Assembly: GCA_964016885.1 (NCBI GenBank)
Contig: OZ024744.1
Span: 4,898,001-4,962,000, forward strand
From: Eledone cirrhosa
Taxonomy: Eukaryota
DNA: 64,000 nt
Direction of reading: 5' to 3'
Below the pieces are notes generated by a model. It had not been told where the DNA came from, searched no databases, and saw only the letters and a list, made by a program, of their open reading frames with translations. The position numbers and the translations under genes are program-made. Below, in pieces: positions 50,301-62,200 of the stretch (position 1 is its first letter; each line of letters starts with the position of its first letter).

Positions 50301-53300
50301 TGGTAGCAGAGGTCTATCTTGGTAGACAGTGTTGTTGGAAGCAGAGGTCTATCTTGGTAGACAGTGGTGTTGGTAGCAGACATCTATCTTGGTAGACAGT
50401 GGTGTTGGTAACAGATGTCTATCTTGGTAGACAGTGGTGTTGGTAGCAAAGGTATATCTTGGTAGACAGTGGTGTTGGTAGCAGAGGTCTATCTTGGTAG
50501 ACAGTGAGGTTGGTAGCAGAGGTCTAGCTTGGTAGACAGTGGTGTTGGTAGCAGAGGTCTATCTTGGTAGACAGTGGTGTTGGTAGCAGAGGTCTATCTT
50601 GGTTGACAGTGGTATTGGTAGCAGAGGTCTATCTTAGTAGACAGTGGTGTTGGTAACAGAGGTCTATCTGGGTAGACAGTGGTGTTGGTAGCAGAGGTAT
50701 ATCTTGGTAGACAGTGGTGTTGGTAGCAGAATCTATCTTGGTAGACAGTGGTGTTGGTCGCAGAGGTCTATCTTGGTAGACAGTGAGGTTGGTAGCAGAG
50801 GTCTATCTTGGTAGACAGTGGTGTTGGTAGCAGAGGTCTATCTTGGTAGACAGTGATGTTGGTAGAAGAGGTCTATGTTGGTAGAAAGTGAGGTTGGTAG
50901 CAGAGGTCTATCTTGGTAGACAGTGGTGTTGGTAGCAGAGGTTTATATTGGTAGACAGTGGTGTTGGTAGCAGAGGTCTATCTTGGTAGACATTGAGGTT
51001 GGTAGCAGAGGTCTATCTTGGTAGAGAGTGGTGTTGGTAGCAGAGGTCTATGTTGGTAGACAGTGGTGTTGGTAGCAGAGGTCTATCTTGGTAGACAGTG
51101 GTGTTGGTAGCAGAGGTCTATATTGGTAGACAGTGGTGTTGGTAGCAGAGGTCTATCTTGGTAGACAGTGAGGTTGGTAGCAGAGGTCTATCTTGGTAGA
51201 CAGTGAGGTTGGTAGCAGAGGTCTATCTTGGTAGACAGTGGTGTTGGTAGCAGAGGTCTATGTTGGTAGACAGTGAGGTTGGTAGCAGAGGTCTATCTTG
51301 GTAGACAGTGAAGTTGGTAGCAGAGGTCTATCTTGGTAGACAGTGAGGGTGGTAGCAGAGGTCTATCTTGGTAGACAGTGGTGTTCGTAGCAGAGGTCTA
51401 TCTTGGTAGACAGTGGTGTTGGTAGCAGAGGTCTATCTTGGTAGACAGTGAGGTTGGTAGCAGAGGTCTATCTTGGTAGACAGTGGTGTTGGTAGCAGAG
51501 GTCTATCTTGGTAGACAGTGGGGTGGGTAGCAGAGGTCTATCTTGGTAGACAGTGGTGTTGGTAGCAGAGGTCTATCTTGGTAGACAGTGGTGTTGGTAG
51601 CAGAGGTCTATGTTGGTAGACAGTGGTGTTGGTAGCAGAGGTTAATCTTGGTAGACAGTGGTGTTGGTAGCAGAGGTCTATCTTGGTAGACAGTGGTGTT
51701 GGTAGCAGAGATCTATCTTGGTAGACAGTAGTGTTGGTAGCAGAGGTCTATGTTGGTAGACAGTGGTGTTTGTAGCAGAGGTCTATGTTGGTAGACAGTG
51801 GTGTTGGAAGCAGAGGTCTATCTTAGTAGACAGTGGTGTTGGTACATAGGTCTATGTTGGTAGACAGTGAGGTTGGTAGCAGAGGTCTATATTGGTAGAC
51901 AGTGAGGTTGGTAGCAGAGGTCTATCTTGGTAGACAGTGAGGTTGGTAGCAGAGCTCTATCTTGGTAGAAAGTGGTGTTGGTAGCAGAGGTCTATGTTGG
52001 TAGACAGTGGTGTTGGTAGCAGAGGTTTATCTTGGTAGACAGTGGTGTTGGTAGCAGAGGTCTATGTTGGTAGACAGTGGTGTTGGTAGCAGAGGTATAT
52101 CTTGGTAGGCAGTGGTGTTGGTAGCAGAGCTCTATCTTGGTAGACAGTGGTGTTGGTAGCAGAGGTCTTTCTTGGTAGACAGTGGTGTTGCTAGCAGAGG
52201 TCTATGTTGGTAGAAAGTGAGGTTGGTAGCTGAGGTCTATGTTGGTAGACAGTGGTGTTGGTAGCAGAAGTCTATCTTGGTAGACAGTGAGGTTGGTAGC
52301 AGAGGTCTATCTTGGTAGACAGTGGTGTTGGTAGCAGAGGTCTATCTTGGTAGACAGTGGTGTTGGTAGCAGAGGTCTATCTTGGTAGACAGTGGTGTTG
52401 GTAGCAGAGGTCTATCTTGGTAGACAGTGGTGTTGGTAGCAGAGGTCTATCTTGGTAGACAGTGGTGTTGCTAGCAGAGGTTTATGTTGGTAGACAGTGG
52501 TGTTGGTAGTAGAGGTCTACCTTGGTAGACAGTGGTGCTGGTAGCAGATGTCTATCTTGGTAGACAGTGGTGTTGGTAGCAGAGGTCTATCTTGGTAGAC
52601 AGTGGTGTTGGTAGCAGATATCTATCTTGGTAGACAGTGGTGTTGGTAGCAGAGGTCTATCTTGGTAGACAGTGTTGTTGGTAGCAGAGGTCTATCTTGG
52701 TAGACAGTGGTGTTGGTAGCAGACATCTATCTTGGTAGACAGTGGTGTTGGTAGCAGATGTCTATCTTGGTAGACAGTGGTGTTGGTAGCAGAGGTCTAT
52801 CTTGGTAGGCAGTGGTGTTGGTAGCAGAGGTCTATCTTGGTAGACAGTGGTGTTGGTAGCAGAGGTCTATGTTGGTAGACAGTGGTGTTGGTAACAGAGG
52901 TATATCTTGGTAGACAGTGGTGTTGGAAGCAGAGGTCTATCTTGGTAGACAGTGGTGTTGGTAGCAGAGGTCTATCTTGGTAGACAGTGGTCTTGGTAGC
53001 AGAGGTCTATATTGGTAGACAGTGGTGTTGGTAGCAGATGTCTATCTTGGTAGACAGTGGTGTTGGTAGCAAAGGTCTATCCTGGTAGACAGTGGTGTTG
53101 GTAGCAGAGGTCTATCTTGGTAGACAGTAGTGTTGGTAGCAGAGGTCTATCTTGGTAGACAGTGGTGTTGGTAGCTGAGGTCTAACTTGGTAGACAGTGG
53201 TGTTGGTAGCAGAGGTCTATCTTAGTAGACAGTGGTTTGGTAGCAGAGGTCTACCTTGGTAGACAGTGGTGTCGGTAGCAGAGCTCAATCCTGGTAGACA

Positions 53301-56300
53301 GTGGTGTTGGTAGCAGAGGTCTATCTTGGTAGACAGTGAGGTTGGTAGCAGAGGTCTATGTTGGTAGACAGTGGTGTCGGTAGCAGAGCTGTATCTTGGT
53401 AGACAGTGGTGTTGGTAGCAGAAGTCTATCTTGGTAGACAGTGAGGTTGGGAGCAGAGGTCTATGTTGGTAGACAGTGGTGTTGGTAGCAGAGGTCTATC
53501 TTGGTAGACAGTGGTGTTGGTAGGAGAGGTTTATCTTGGTAGACAGTGGTGTTGGTAGCAGAGGTCTATGTTGGTAGACAGTGGTGTTGGTAGCAGAGGT
53601 ATATCTTGGTAGGCAGTGGTGTTGGTAGCAGAGCTCTATCTTGGTAGACAGTGGTGTTGGTTGCAGAGGTCTATCTTGGTAGACAGTGGTGTTGGTAGCA
53701 GAGGTCTTTCTTGGTAGACAGTGGTGTTGGTAGCAGAGGTCTATGTTGGTAGAAAGTGAGGTTGGTAGCAGAGGTCTATCTTGGTAGACAGTGAGGGTGG
53801 TAGCAGAGGTCTATCTTGGTAGACAGAGGTGTTGGTAGCAGAGGTCTATCTTGGTAGACAGTGAGGTTGGTATCAGAGGTCTATCTTGGTAGACAGTGAG
53901 GTTGGTAGCAGAGGTCTATGTTGGTAGACAGTGGTGTTGGTAGCATAGGTCTATCTTGGTAGACAGTGGTGTTGGTAGCAGAGGTCTATGTTGGTAGACA
54001 GTGGTGTTGGTAGTAGAGGTCTATCTTGGTAGACAGTGGTGTTGCTAGCAGATGTCTATCTTGGTAGACAGTGGTGTTGGTATCAGAGGTCTATCTTGGT
54101 AGACAGTGGTGTTGGTAGCAAATATCTATCTTGGTAGACAGTGGTGTTGGTAGCAGAGGTCTATGTTGGTAGACAGTGGTGTTGGTAGCAGATGTCTATC
54201 TTGGTAGACAGTGGTGTTGGTAGCAGAGGTCTATCTTGGTAGACAGTGGTGTTGGTAGCAGAGGTCTATCTTGGTAGACAGTGGTGTTGGTAGCAGAGGT
54301 CTATCTTGGTAGACAGTGGTGTTGGTAGCAGAGGTCTATCTTGGTAGACAGTGAGGTTGGTAGCAGAGGTCTATGCTGGTAGACAGCGGTGTTGGTAGCA
54401 GAGGTCTATTTTGGTAGACAGTGGTGTTGGTAGAAGAGGTCTATGTTGGTAGACAGTGAGGTTGGTAGCAGAGGTCTATCTTGGTAGACAGTGAGGTTGG
54501 CAGCAGAGGTCTATCTTGGTAGACAGTGGTGTTGGTAGCAGAGGTCTATCTTGGTAGACAGTGGTGTTGGTAGCCGAGGTCTATCTTGGTAGACAATCAG
54601 GGTGGTAGCAGAGGTCTATGTTGGTAGACAGTGGTGTTGGTAGCAGAGGTCTATGTTGGTAGACAGTGGTGTTGGTAGCAGAGGCCTATCTTGGTAGACA
54701 GTGGTTTTGGTAGCAGAGGTCTATATTGGTAGACAGTGGTGTTGGTAGTAGAGGTCTATCTTGGTAGACAGTGGTGTTGGTAGCAGATGTCTATCTTGGT
54801 AGACAGTGGTGTTGGTAGCAGAGGTCTATCTTGGTAGACAGTGGTGTTGGTAGCAATGGTCTATCTTGGTAGACAGTGGTGTTGGTAGCAGAGGTCTATC
54901 TTGGTAGACAGTGGTGTTGGTAGCAGAGGTCTATCTTGGTAGACAGTGGTGTTGGTAGCAGAGGTCTATGTTGGTAGACAGTGAGGTTGGTAGCAGAGGT
55001 CTATGTTGGTAGACAGTGGTGTTGGTAGCAGAGGTCTATCTTGGTAGACAGTGGTGTTGGTAGAAGAGGTCTATGTTGGTAGACAGTGAGGTTGGTAGCA
55101 GAGGTATATCTTGGTAGACAGTGAGGTTGGTAGCAGAGGTCTATCTTGGTAGACAGTGGTGTTGGTAGCAGAGGTCTATCTTGGTAGACAGTGGTGTTGG
55201 TAGCCGAGGTCTATCTTGGTAGACAATCAGGGTGGTAGCAGAGGTCTATGTTGGTAGACAGTGGTGTTGGTAGCAGAGGTCTATGTTGGTAGACAGTGGT
55301 GTTGGTAGCAGAGGTCTATCTTGGTAGACAGTGGTGTTGGTAGCAGAGGTCTATCTTGGTAGGCAGTGGTTTTGGTAGCAGAGGTCTATATTGGTAGACA
55401 GTGGTGTTGGTAGTAGAGGTATATCTTGGTAGACAGTGGTGTTGGTAGCAGATGTCTATCTTGGTAGACAGTGGTGTTGGTAGCAGAGGTCTATCTTGGT
55501 AGACAGTGGTGGTGGTAGCAAGGTCTATCTTGGTAGACAGTGGTGTTGGTAGCAGAGGTCTATCTTGGTAGACAGTGTTGTTGGAAGCAGAGGTCTATCT
55601 TGGTAGACAGTGGTGTTGGTAGCAGACATCTATCTTGGTAGACAGTGGTGTTGGTAACAGATGTCTATCTTGGTAGACAGTGGTGTTGGTAGCAGAGGTA
55701 TATCTTGGTTGACAGTGGTATTGGTAGCAGAGGTCTATCTTAGTAGACAGTGGTGTTGGTAGCCGAGGTCTATCTTGGTAGACAGTGGTGTTGGTAGCAG
55801 ACATCTATCTTGGTAGACAGTGGTGGTGGTAACAGAGGTCTATCTTGGTAGACAGTGGTGTTGGAAGCAGAGGTCTATCTTGGTAGACAGTGGTGTTGGT
55901 AGCAGAGGTCTATCTTGGTTGACAGTGGTATTGGTAGCAGAGGTCTATCTTAGTAGACAGTGGTGTTGGTAGCAGAGGTCTATCTTGGTAGACAGTGGTG
56001 TTGGTAGCAGAGGTATATCTTGGTAGACAGTGGTGTTGGTAGCAGAGGTCTATCTTGGTAGACAGTGGTATTGGTAGCAGAGGTCTATGTTGGTAGACAG
56101 TGGTGTTGGTAGCAGAGGTATATCTTGGTAGACAGTGGTGTTGGTAGCAGAATCTATCTTGGTAGACAGTGGTGTTGGTCGCAGAGGTCTATCTTGGTAG
56201 ACAGTGAGGTTGGTAGCAGAGGACTATTTTGGTAGACAGTGGTGTTGGTAGCAGAGGTCTATCTTGGTAGACAGTGATGTTGGTAGAAGAGGTCTATGTT

Positions 56301-56840
56301 GGTAGAAAGTGAGGTTGGTAGCAGAGGTCTATCTTGGTAGACAGTGGTGTTGGTAGCAGAGGTTTATATTGGTAGACAGTGGCGTTGGTAGCAGAGGTCT
56401 ATCTTGGTAGACATTGAGGTTGGTAGCAGAGGTCTATCTTGGTAGACAGTGGTGTTGGTAGCAGAGGTCTATGTTGGTAGACAGTGGTTTTGGTAGCAGA
56501 GGTCTATCTTGGTAGACAGTGGTGTTGGTAGCAGAGGTCTATATTGGTAGACAGTGGTGTTGGAAGCAGAGGTCTATCTTGGTAGACAGTGAGGTTGGTA
56601 GCAGAGGTCTATCTTCGTAGACAGTGAGGTTGGTAGCAGAGGTCTATCTTGGTAGACAGTGGTGTTGGTAGCAGATGTCTATGTTGGTAGACAGTGAGGT
56701 TGGTAGCAGAGGTCTATCTTGGTAGACAGTGAAGTTGGTAGCAGAGGTCTATCTTGGTAGACAGTGAGGGTGGTAGCAGAGGTCTATCTTGGTAGACAGT
56801 GGTGTTCGTAGCAGAGGTCTATCTTGGTAGACAGTGGTGT
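47340..56840 (+). repeat. Copy 2 of the 9,479-bp tandem duplication
   Basis: Colinear with 37,861-47,360. I spotted only one difference (GGACTATTTT at 56221 vs GGTCTATTTT at 46742). Confidence 0.93.
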
Positions 56841-58432
56841 TGGTAGCAGAGGTCTATCTTGGTAGACAGTGAGGTTGGTAGCAGAGGTCTATCTTGGTAG
56901 ACAGTGGTGTTGGTAGCAGAGGTCTATCTTGGTAGACAGTGGGGTGGGTAGCAGAGGTCTATCTTGGTAGACAGTGGTGTTGGTAGCAGAGGTCTATCTT
57001 GGTAGACAGTGGTGTTGGTAGCAGAGGTCTATGTTGGTAGACAGTGGTGTTGGTAGCAGAGGTTAATCTTGGTAGACAGTGGTGTTGGTAGCAGAGGTCT
57101 ATCTTGGTAGACAGTGGTGTTGGTAGCAGAGATCTATCTTGGTAGGCAGTAGTGTTGGTAGCAGAGGTCTATGTTGGTAGACAGTGGTGTTTGTAGCAGA
57201 GGTCTATGTTGGTAGACAGTGGTGTTGGAAGCAGAGGTCTATCTTAGTAGACAGTGGTGTTGGTACATAGGTCTATGTTGGTAGACAGTGAGGTTGGTAG
57301 CAGAGGTCTATATTGGTAGACAGTGAGGTTGGTAGCAGAGGTCTATCTTGGTAGACAGTGAGGTTGGTAGCAGAGCTCTATCTTGGTAGAAAGTGGTGTT
57401 GGTAGCAGAGGTCTATGTTGGTAGACAGTGGTGTTGGTAGCAGAGGTTTATCTTGGTAGACAGTGGTGTTGGTAGCAGAGGTCTATGTTGGTAGACAGTG
57501 GTGTTGGTAGCAGAGGTATATCTTGGTAGGCAGTGGTGTTGGTAGCAGAGCTCTATCTTGGTAGACAGTGGTGTTGGTAGCAGAGGTCTTTCTTGGTAGA
57601 CAGTGGTGTTGCTAGCAGAGGTCTATGTTGGTAGAAAGTGAGGTTGGTAGCTGAGGTCTATGTTGGTAGACAGTGGTGTTGGTAGCAGAAGTCTATCTTG
57701 GTAGACAGTGAGGTTGGTAGCAGAGGTCTATCTTGGTAGACAGTGGTGTTGGTAGCAGAGGTCTATCTTGGTAGACAGTGGTGTTGGTAACAGAGGTCTA
57801 TCTTGGTAGACAGTGGTGTTGGTAGCAGAGGTCTATCTTGGTAGACAGTGGTGTTGGTAGCAGAGGTCTATCTTGGTAGACAGTGGTGTTGCTAGCAGAG
57901 GTCTATCTTGGTAGACAGTGGTGTTGGTAGCAAAGGTCTATGTTGGTAGACAGTGAGGTTGGTAGCAGAGGTCTATCTTGGTAGACAGTGAGGGTGCTTG
58001 CAGAGGTCTATCTTGGTAGACAGTGGTGTTGGTAGCAGAGGTCTATCTTGGTAGACAGTGAGGTTGGTATCAGAGGTCTATCTTGGTAGACAGTGAGGTT
58101 GGTAGCAGAGGTCTATGTTGGTAGACATTGGTGTTGGTAGCATAGGTCTATCTTGGTAGACAGTGGTGTTGGTAGCAGAGGTCTATGTTGGTAGACAGTG
58201 GTGTTGGTAGTAGAGGTCTATCTTGGTAGACAGTGGTGTTGGTAGCAGATGTCTATCTTGGTAGACAGTGGTGTTGGTAGCAGAGGTCTATCTTGGTAGA
58301 CAGTGGTGTTGGTAGCAGATATCTATCTTGGTAGACAGTGGTGTTGGTAGCAGAGGTCTATGTTGGTAGACAGTGGTGTTGGTAGCAGAGGTCTATCTTG
58401 GTAGTCAGTGGTGTTGGTAGCAGAAGTCTATC

Positions 58433-58464
58433 TTGGTAGACAGTGGTGTTGGTAGACAGTGGTG
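58433..58464 (+). repeat. Exact 16-bp half-monomer duplication (TTGGTAGACAGTGGTG)x2
   Basis: Read directly at 58433-58448 and 58449-58464. The TAGTC-to-TAGAAAG spacing is 121 nt here vs 105 nt in the homologous segment (2671-2776). Confidence 0.93.
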
Positions 58465-59279
58465 TTGGTAGCAGAGGTCTATCTTGGTAGACAGTGGTGT
58501 TGGTAGCAGAGGTCTATGTTGGTAGAAAGTGAGGTTGGTAGCAGAGGTCTATGTTGGTAGACAGTGGTGTTGGTAGCAGAGGTCTATCTTGGTAGACAGT
58601 GGTGTTGGTAGAAGAGGTCTATGTTGGTAGACAGTGAGGTTGGTAGCAGAGGTCTATCTTGGCAGACAGTGAGGTTGGTAGCAGAGGTCTATGTTGGTAG
58701 ACAGTGGTGTTGGTAGCAGAGGTCTATGTTGGTAGACAGTGGTGTTGCTAGCAGAGGTCTATCTTGGTAGACAGTGGTGTTGGTAGCAGAGGTCTATCTT
58801 GGTAGACAGTGGTTTTGGTAGCTGAGGTCTATATTGGTAGACAGTGGTGTTGGTAGTAGAGGTCTATCTTGGTAGACAGTGGTGTTGGTAGCAGATGTCT
58901 ATCTTGGTAGACAGTGGTGTTGGTAGCAGAGGTCTATCTTGGTAGACAGTGGTGTTGGTAGCAGAGGTCTATCTTGGTAGACAGTGGTGTTGGTAGCAGA
59001 GGTCTATCTTGGTAGACAGTGTTGTTGGTAGCAGAGGTCTATCTTGGTAGACAGTGGTGTTGGTAGCAGACATCTATCTTGGTAGACAGTGGTGTTGGTA
59101 GCAGATGTCTATCTTGGTAGACAGTGGTGTTGGTAGCAGAGGTCTATCTTGGTAGGCAGTGGTGTTGGTAGCAGAGGTCTATCTTGGTAGACAGTGGTGT
59201 TGGTAGCAGAGGTCTATGTTGGTAGACAGTGGTGTTGGTAACAGAGGTCTATCTTGGTAGACAGTGGTGTTGGAAGCAG

Positions 59280-62200
59280 AGGTCTATCTTGGTAGACAGT
59301 GGTGTTGGTAGCAGAGGTCTATCTTGGTAGACAGTGGTGTTGGTAGCAGAGGTCTATATTGGTAGACTGTGGTGTTGGTAGCAGATGTCTATCTTGGTAG
59401 ACAGTGGTGTTGGTAGCAGAGGTCTATCCTGGTAGACAGTGGTGTTGGTAGCAGAGGTCTATCTTGGTAGACAGTAGTGTTGGTAGCAGAGGTCTATCTT
59501 GGTAGACAGTGGTGTTGGTAGCTGAGGTCTAACTTGGTAGACAGTGGTGTTGGTAGCAGAGGTCTATCTTAGTAGACAGTGGTTTGGTAGCAGAGGTCTA
59601 CCTTGGTAGACAGTGGTGTCGGTAGCAGAGCTCAATCCTGGTAGACAGTGGTGTTGGTAGCAGAGGTCTATCTTGGTAGACAGTGAGGTTGGTAGCAGAG
59701 GTCTATGTTGGTAGACAGTGGTGTCGGTAGCAGAGCTCTATCTTGGTAGACAGTAGTGCTGGTAGCAGAAGTCTATCTTGGTAGACAGTGAGGTTGGGAG
59801 CAGAGGTCTATGTTGGTAGACAGTGGTGTTGGTAGCAGAGGTCTATCTTGGTAGACAGTGGTGTTGGTAGCAGAGGTTTATCTTGGTAGACAGTGGTGTT
59901 GGTAGCAGAGGTCTATGTTGGTAGACAGTGGTGTTGGTAGCAGAGGTATATCTTGGTAGGCAGTGGTGTTGGTAGCAGAGCTCTATCTTGGTAGACAGTG
60001 GTGTTGGTAGCAGAGGTCTATCTTGGTAGACAGTGGTGTTGGTAGCAGAGGTCTTTCTTGGTAGACAGTGGTGTTGGTAGCAGAGGTCTATGTTGGTAGA
60101 AAGTGAGGTTGGTAGCAGAGGTCTATCTTGGTAGACAGTGAGGGTGGTAGCAGAGGTCTATCTTGGTAGACAGAGGTGTTGGTAGCAGAGGTCTATCTTG
60201 GTAGACAGTGAGGTTGGTATCAGAGGTCTATCTTGGTAGACAGTGAGGTTGGTAGCAGAGGTCTATGTTGGTAGACAGTGGTGTTGGTAGCATAGGTCTA
60301 TCTTGGTAGACAGTGGTGTTGGTAGCAGAGGTCTATGTTGGTAGACAGTGGTGTTGGTAGTAGAGGTCTATCTTGGTAGACAGTGGTGTTGGTAGCAGAT
60401 GTCTATCTTGGTAGACAGTGGTGTTGGTAGCAGAGGTCTATCTTGGTAGACAGTGGTGTTGGTAGCAAATATCTATCTTGGTAGACAGTGGTGTTGGTAG
60501 CAGAGGTCTATGTTGGTAGACAGTGGTGTTGGTAGCAGATGTCTATCTTGGTAGACAGTGGTGTTGGTAGCAGAGGTCTATCTTGGTAGACAGTGGTGTT
60601 GGTAGCAGAGGTCTATCTTGGTAGACAGTGGTGTTGGTAGCAGAGGTCTATCTTGGTAGACAGTGGTGTTGGTAGCAGAGGTCTATGTTGGTAGACAGTG
60701 AGGTTGGTAGCAGAGGTCTATGCTGGTAGACAGCGGTGTTGGTAGCAGAGGTCTATCTTGATAGACAGTGGTGTTGGTAGAAGAGGTCTATGTTGGTAGA
60801 CAGTGAGGTTGGTAGCAGAGGTCTATCTTGGTAGACAGTGAGGTTGGCAGCAGAGGTCTATCTTGGTAGACAGTGGTGTTGGTAGCAGAGGTCTATCTTG
60901 GTAGACAGTGGTGTTGGTAGCCGAGGTCTATCTTAGTAGACAATCAGGGTGGTAGCAGAGGTCTATGTTGGTAGACAGTGGTGTTGGTAGCAGAGGTCTA
61001 TGTTGGTAGACAGTGGTGTTGGTAGCAGAGGCCTATCTTGGTAGACAGTGGTTTTGGTAGCAGAGGTCTATATTGGTAGACAGTGGTGTTGGTAGTAGAG
61101 GTCTATCTTGGTAGACAGTGGTGTTGGTAGCAGATGTCTATCTTGGTAGACAGTGGTGTTGGTAGCAGAGGTCTATCTTGGTAGACAGTGGTGTTGGTAG
61201 CAAAGGTCTATCTTGGTAGACAGTGGTGTTGGTAGCAGAGGTCTATCTTGGTAGACAGTGTTGTTGGTAGCAGAGGTCTATCTTGGTAGACAGTGGTGTT
61301 GGTAGCAGACATCTATCTTGGTAGACAGTGGTGTTGGTAGCAGATGTCTATCTTGGTAGACAGTGGTGTTGGTAGCAGAGGTCTATCTTGGTAGACAGTG
61401 GTGTTGGTAGCAGAGGTCTATCTTGGTAGACAGTGGTGTTGGTAGCAGAGGTCGATCTTGGTAGACAGTGGTGTTGGTAGCAGAGGTCTATCTTGGTAGA
61501 CAGTGGTGTTGGTAGCAGAGGTCTATCTTGGTAGACAGTGGTGTTGGTAGCAGAGGTCTATATTGGTAGACTGTGGTGTTGGTAGCAGATGTCTATCTTG
61601 GTAGACAGTGGTGTTGGTAGCAGAGGTCTATCCTGGTAGACAGTGGTGTTGGTAGCAGAGGTCTATCTTGGTAGACAGTAGTGTTGGTAGCAGAGGTCTA
61701 TCTTGGTAGACAGTGGTGTTGGTAGCTGAGGTCTAACTTGGTAGACAGTGGTGTTGGTAGCAGAGGTCTATCTTAGTAGACAGTGGTTTGGTAGCAGAGG
61801 TCTACCTTGGTAGACAGTGGTGTCGGTAGCAGAGCTCAATCCTGGTAGACAGTGGTGTTGGTAGCAGAGGTCTATCTTGGTAGACAGTGAGGTTGGTAGC
61901 AGAGGTCTATGTTGGTAGACAGTGGTGTCGGTAGCAGAGCTCTATCTTGGTAGACAGTAGTGCTGGTAGCAGAAGTCTATCTTGGTAGACAGTGAGGTTG
62001 GGAGCAGAGGTCTATGTTGGTAGACAGTGGTGTTGGTAGCAGAGGTCTATCTTGGTAGACAGTGGTGTTGGTAGCAGAGGTTTATCTTGGTAGACAGTGG
62101 TGTTGGTAGCAGAGGTCTATGTTGGTAGACAGTGGTGTTGGTAGCAGAGGTATATCTTGGTAGGCAGTGGTGTTGGTAGCAGAGCTCTATCTTGGTAGAC

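Noticed and set aside
55595-55804. Second identical 69-aa ORF
   Set aside because: It is a passive copy inside the 9,479-bp duplication, so its identity does not indicate protein conservation.
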